A DNA stretch of 64,000 bases. Origin: Octopus vulgaris. Its lineage: Eukaryota. Positions 57,894-64,000 of this stretch are shown here, in pieces. Numbering within the stretch: position 1 is the stretch's first letter; the number at the start of each line of letters is the position of its first letter. The position numbers were made by a program, and so were the translations under genes. The notes below the pieces were generated by a model that saw only the letters and a list, made by a program, of their open reading frames with translations, did no database searches and had not been told where the DNA came from. The stretch covers positions 43,276,001 to 43,340,000 of the forward strand of contig OX597828.1 of NCBI GenBank assembly GCA_951406725.2, in the 5' to 3' direction.

Positions 57894-57936
57894 CCACTAC
57901 AATCGTTTCTTGTCTTGATCGACAATCTTCAGGTGG
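57894..57936 (-). ncRNA. Minimal type I hammerhead ribozyme motif (inverted copy)
   Basis: Reverse complement of 58320-58362. Confidence 0.85.
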
Positions 57937-58319
57937 ACTTCAATCTAAAATATCAATATTTTAAAATATACAAATAATAATAATAGGGATATATATATAT
58001 ATATATAGGTGTGTGGTTTAGTGTATGTAGTTAGATATGGTTATATATAATTAGGTATATGTGTATGGGTGTATATATAGTTTATTATTATATTATTATT
58101 ATTTTTTTGTTTTGTTTTATATTTTATATTTTATATTTTATATTTTATATTTAATTGTTGATAGGTTTATTTTAGTTTATATATTGTTTATATATTGATT
58201 ATATATGGATTATATATAGGTTATATATGGATTATATATTTATATTTTTTCATTCATACTTTAATTATTTTAAAATTATTATTTGTATATTTTAAAATAT
58301 TGATATTTTAGATTGAAGT

Positions 58320-58362
58320 CCACCTGAAGATTGTCGATCAAGACAAGAAACGATTGTAGTGG
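58320..58362 (+). ncRNA. Minimal type I hammerhead ribozyme motif
   Basis: CCAC CTGAAGA TTGTC gatcaa GACAA GAAA C gatt G TA GTGG; predicted GUA cleavage after 58358. Confidence 0.85.
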
Positions 58363-58536
58363 CGGTTTTTTTGACTATTTATTAAAATTTTATGTATTGA
58401 TTAAGTCTTTCCTTGTTTGTTTTGCAAAATAGTGGTTTTGTCTCTAATAATATTTTATAATATATTACTATAAAATTGGATTTAATCCTAAATCTGATTT
58501 TTTCCCTGTAAATTTGGATTTATTCCCTAATATTTA

Positions 58537-58584
<48 letters not shown>

Positions 58585-58944
58585 TTATATAAATAAACAG
58601 ACACATATATATATATATATACATGCATATATGTATATATGCATACATATATCAATACACACAAACGACCACAGTAGCACATGTATATATATAGTAAGTA
58701 ATGTATGTCGAGCCATACGGACATAGGTTCTGCATATCCGTAAAGTATACAACGCTGTTAACGACAAAGCTTGAGAGCCTTGTGGTTTACATCGAGGTTT
58801 ACTTATAACTGGCAACGCAGTTATATCATTGGTATATAACGAAATTATATACCAATGTGTATAATTTCGTTATATATGGGTTATGGAGGAACGCACACAT
58901 ACACATACACACACAAACACACACGCACACATATATATATATAT

Positions 58945-59106
58945 AACGGGATTCTTTCAGTTTCCGTTTACCAAATCCACTCACCAAGATTTGGTCGGCC
59001 CGGTGCTATAGTAGAATACACTTACGCAAGGTGCCACGCAGTGGGCCTGAACCCAGAACCATGGAGTTAGGAAGCAAGCTTCTCACCACATAACAACGCC
59101 TGCGCC
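58945..59106 (-). mobile_element. SINE family A, 5' part
   Basis: Homology to 7039-7200. Confidence 0.8.
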
Positions 59107-59502
59107 AGTTCTGATTCCCTACCAACATGTTTTCGTATTTGTATTCATTCATATTCTTTTACTCCACCCAAAAACAATGCTTTACTAAAGAGATTTCATA
59201 AAACCGGAATATGTACGAATTTGATCATGGAATATCATGATCACATTCGATAAATATTTATTAATAGTAATTTTCGAAATAATGTCTTCATATACTCACA
59301 GTAAAAATACTCCTAATTAGGTTGAAATAAATATTCAGGTGATTTCCCCCATTTTATGTCATCAAATTATAATAACATTTCTTAAAAATGCATATTTTGC
59401 ATTACTTTGTTTCCATACTCAACAACGGAAAATGTAATTTGATTTAACAATAAATATGTTAACACATCTTCTCTATATATCCGTTTCTCTGTACATAAAT
59501 TT

Positions 59503-59594
<92 letters not shown>

Positions 59595-59756
59595 CTTTAT
59601 ACCTATACATATATATATACATATATATATATATTAATACCTCTATATATCCATTTCATTATACATAAATTTTCTTCCTTTCTATCTATTTACTTTAAAT
59701 ATATATATATATATGTGTGTATATTTATATATGTGTATATATATACATATATATGT

Positions 59757-59821
<65 letters not shown>

Positions 59822-59840
59822 CATACACGCACCACACACT

Positions 59841-59877
<37 letters not shown>

Positions 59878-60302
59878 ACGCACACACATATAAATATATA
59901 TTTTAAAACCTTACATGTCTTTAAGCTAATGAGAAATGACGTTGTCATCCTTCGTAAAATCATAACTACATTTACTTTTAACTTACATGTCCGGTGACCG
60001 CATTTTCGTTGCAACATGAAGGACTCGCCATTCTCTCCCCCGCACAATACTGTTTATAACTTCAAACTATTTGAAGTGCATGCGCATGTGCATAGACAGC
60101 TGCAAGTCGTATCGTGTGTCTCTGTATGCACATCAGTGTATGTCCCTCATTATTTCCCTCCACCAATAAAATTCTATGGAAATGTGTTTTACACACGCAC
60201 ATACACACACACACAAACACACACATACGCATACCCACACTCACACATACAAACACATATACACACTTACACACGCACATATATGCATGTGCGCGTGTGT
60301 AT

Positions 60303-60530
60303 ACTCTTTTATTCTTTTACTTGCTTTAGACATCTGACAGCGGCCATGCTGAAGCACTGCCTCGAAGGGTGTCTTAGTCGACCAAATCGACCCAAGGACT
60401 TAATTCTTGAGCCTAGTACGTATTCTATCGGTCCCTGTTGCCGAACCGCCAATTTGCGTGGACGTAAACAGACCAACACCGGTTGTCAAGCGGCGATGTG
60501 GAACAAATATAGAGTCAAAGACACGCACAC
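60303..60530 (-). mobile_element. SINE family A, 3' part
   Basis: Homology to 7250-7445. Confidence 0.8.
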
Positions 60531-60571
60531 ACACAATCGTTTCGAACCGTCTAGCGTCGTTCCCTCTTGAT

Positions 60572-60677
60572 ATTATCTGAAGAGACACATCTATACCGAG
60601 GGATACACATCAACCTGTTGTACAGCATCACACCCACAAGAGATCGATGCTAGATTGGTCGAAACGATTGTGGTAAT
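60572..60677 (+). ncRNA. Hammerhead motif with extended stem II; triplet GUG, probably inactive
   Basis: ATTAT CTGAAGA GACacaTCTA ... TAGAttgGTC GAAA C gatt G TG GTAAT, followed by AATAAA (60679-60684). Confidence 0.65.
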
Positions 60678-60719
60678 CAATAAAGTCCCTCATTTCTTCC
60701 GTCTCTCACTAATTACATA

Positions 60720-60783
<64 letters not shown>

Positions 60784-62155
60784 CTCACATCTAAATGAAA
60801 ATGCAGAACTATGTATATGTATATGCATGTGTGTATCAATATCTATATCTCTCTATCTGTCTTTATTTCTCTCTCTCTCTTTCTCTCTCTATATATATGT
60901 ATGTATCAAATAGTGAAGAGAAACTACCTATAACAGATAATTTTACACGCTAGAAAAAGAAGCCAAAACGACGAAAACCACATTTAAGAGCAATTTTCGA
61001 AAGGAATGAAAACTAAAAAACATTTACCTGTTTTTTTTTTATGGTTATTTTTTTAGCAAATAAAATATTTTACCAGGCGAAATTCTCATCAGTAACCGCA
61101 CCATAACATTAACATATAATCTAGAGACACGTGTCTCATCGATATAAGTTTTCAAATTCACCGCGCAAGCGCAGTTTCAGTCGGCCGTAGATGATAAATG
61201 CCGAACAGATCTTCGAAATGCTAAAATCATATACGTAAAAATATATAGGGTAGCGAATATTTTTAGAAATTTCACTGCCAGTGGCCTAGTATGTATAAAA
61301 AGTCAATGGACAACATATTCTCAATATAAAATATTGTACATTTAAACACAAGAGAAACTACATTTAATATGTTGTTTTATACGCTAGAAGAAGCAGCCAA
61401 AACGTCCAAAACTACATTTAAGAACAATTTTCGAAGGGAAGGAAAAATAAAAACTTTTACCTTGTTATTTATTTACGGTTGTACATAGATTTTTTATATG
61501 CATATATGTATATATGTATTTATTTATTTAGCCGCAGGTTTTATGTCGGAGTTATCTCAGTTACCTGAGTTACCTTCTCCTAAACCTGCGGCTCAGTGGT
61601 TACCGATGATGTCGACTTGTTCGTCTTTACGGATTATGGCTGCTGTTGCTTAGTGAGTGGGATTGAATCAGTGCACAGCCTTTCCTCACTTTAAAAAAAT
61701 CTTCTTGCACAGGCATTGCACGATAACAACATTGTTCATGATTGTTGATAGTGCTGTGAGTCTCAACTGAATGGCTGGCTGCAGCCTTAAAAAGCAAATA
61801 AAAGTCTCATTTGATCACAGCACCGATAACAGTTAAGCTTCGTGCAATGGCCATACTCGATAACGAGGGGGAAGCCATCATTTATTCATTTATGTATGTA
61901 TATGATGGCAAGAACTTAGCCTACATTCCCGGACCGGGGAATGCGTTGTGTTCTCCAGCAAAACATTTAATTTTATGTTGCTTCAGCACATTCAACTGTC
62001 TGTGAATATCCTCACGACGGACTGGCACCCTCTTATGATAAATGTTGTGATCTTTATCACACGTATGCCATGGAAACCGGTTACGTGGGCCTAAAAGCAC
62101 TACGAGTAATGTCGAAGTGACTTCGTTCCATCTTTTTGCTTCCTCCATCCTTTTA

Positions 62156-62204
<49 letters not shown>

Positions 62205-62314
62205 AATTTTCATGTCTTATGGGACATAATTTTACATTAGAGTTACCTCTAAACATATCTTGTCGTAAGTTGTCTGATAACTGTAAGTCCTTTATTTCTA
62301 TGTGTATATTTATA

Positions 62315-62872
<558 letters not shown>

Positions 62873-63029
62873 AATGAGTACCTACTATAGGTGTCATTTG
62901 TTTGTTTTCACTACCTCCCTTTATCTTCGCTCACTTATTCCCAGCAGCTGTTTGCTGTTGATGCAAACAAAATGAACATTCTTATCGTTTAAGGTGCGAA
63001 ATCGTTATGATTTCTGGATGAAAGCTGAT

Positions 63030-63591
63030 GAGGGAAGAGGATGCGACGGCGACACCACTGACACGATACTTGCACGTCGTAAAGTTGCTGAGAAAGCTCG
63101 TTAGATACGTCATAAACTGAATATAATTTTGGCAGATTTGACCAAAGCATATGGATCTGTCGTATCATTTTTTATGGCTAGCTTTCACAAATTGGGTACG
63201 GCGTATAAAACATCTGATGATATTAGTTTCATTGATTCAAGGATTAAAGTGTCTGTTTTATCAGACGATCAGCTTTCGTCCTTTTTTGACTATTCGAACT
63301 GCACAAATCAAGATTGTGCCTTGGCGCAAGTTCTTTTTGCGATTTTCTTTGAAGTCATGTTACACCATGCTTATGGCGGCCTCTGTTCATCTGCAGATTT
63401 CCAATTCCGTAACTGTAGCGGACACTTGAACCAGCATCAGTTTAAAGGCAAAGTATTTGTTCGAAAGGCAATGATACGGGTTTTCTTGTTTGGTGATAAG
63501 CCTGTTCTTGTTGCAAAATCTATTGAAGCAGCACAGGAACTTGTGAATCAGTTCTCTAATAAATGAAGCTTTCCCTGTTACCATCAGCGTT
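63030..63591 (+). mobile_element. RTE/Bov-B-like LINE RT fragment (degenerate)
   Basis: TTDTILARRKVAEKAR*...ADLTKAYGSV...NQDCALAQVLFAIFF...FLFGDKPVLVA resembles decayed DLTKAFDSV / KQGCVLAP.LF / LFADD..LVA. Confidence 0.8.
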
Positions 63592-63954
63592 AGTTAGTTA
63601 GTTAGTTAATTTTTTTGCTCAAAAAGCAAAAAGCAAGGCCATGTAGGGGGACATGGAGTTATGTACAGGGTGGTGTTCATGTAAAGAGTTCAGGCCACTT
63701 GAGGTCAAGGGAGACTTTGAACTGAGCGGTCGTCGGCATCTTCCCCATCACGTCTGGCAGCTTATTCCACGGATCCGCAACCCGGACGGAGAAAGCCCCT
63801 CTCCTTCGATTGAGATGAAATCGTCGCAGATAGAGCTTTTCGGAATGACCCCGCAGCCGACGCTCTGGAGCAGGAGTGAAGAACAGCTCTTTCGAGAGGT
63901 TACACTTTCCGCTTATGATGTGAGCAAGAATGAGATCTCCACGGCGTCGTCGTT
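63588..63954 (-). mobile_element. CR1-clade LINE 3' end with (TAAC)n tail
   Basis: 63952-63677 translates RRRRGDLILAHII...RLRGHSEKLY...AFSVRVADPWNKLP...FKVSLDLKWPELFT*, typical CR1 ORF2 C-terminus; short 3' UTR and (TAAC)n tail. Confidence 0.9.
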
Positions 63955-64000
63955 GAAACGAACGAATTCATACACCTGCCAAGGCTTATGCTCATTCAAA

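Larger units (their letters stand above)
57801..58455. repeat. About 180-bp inverted repeat (57801-57980 / 58275-58455), each arm carrying an HHR; PLE-type 3' UTR insert in (TA)n
   Basis: Arms are reverse complements with one mismatch seen by eye; insert continues to about 58540 and ends in (TA)n. Confidence 0.9.

Overview
Eukaryotic, AT-rich, microsatellite-saturated DNA with no convincing host gene. The SINE families resemble those of octopus/cephalopod genomes (inference from recall, not a search). Almost all ORFs in the track are translations of (TA)n, (CA)n, (TAGA)n, (AAT)n or (GAA)n tracts. The one real long ORF is an apparently intact Penelope-like retroelement (PLE) on the minus strand (about 41663-47467). 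It encodes RT, a Cys-rich linker and a GIY-YIG endonuclease, has ~1.3-kb pseudo-LTR direct repeats that each carry a minimal hammerhead ribozyme (HHR) motif, and is inserted in TA-rich repeats. Reading both strands by eye, I find 12 HHR-like motifs from about 7 sequence families, nearly all in short inserts bounded by simple repeats. Several have an inverted partner copy, two families carry recurrent non-canonical cores, and one is fused behind a tRNA-derived Pol III head (candidate PLE-mobilised SINE). Also present: many tRNA-derived SINEs, RTE and CR1 LINE fragments, a non-autonomous Helitron, a MITE, a 201-bp near-perfect palindrome, and repeated inverted duplications around (TA)n tracts. 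All coordinates and pairings were read manually and have not been computed.
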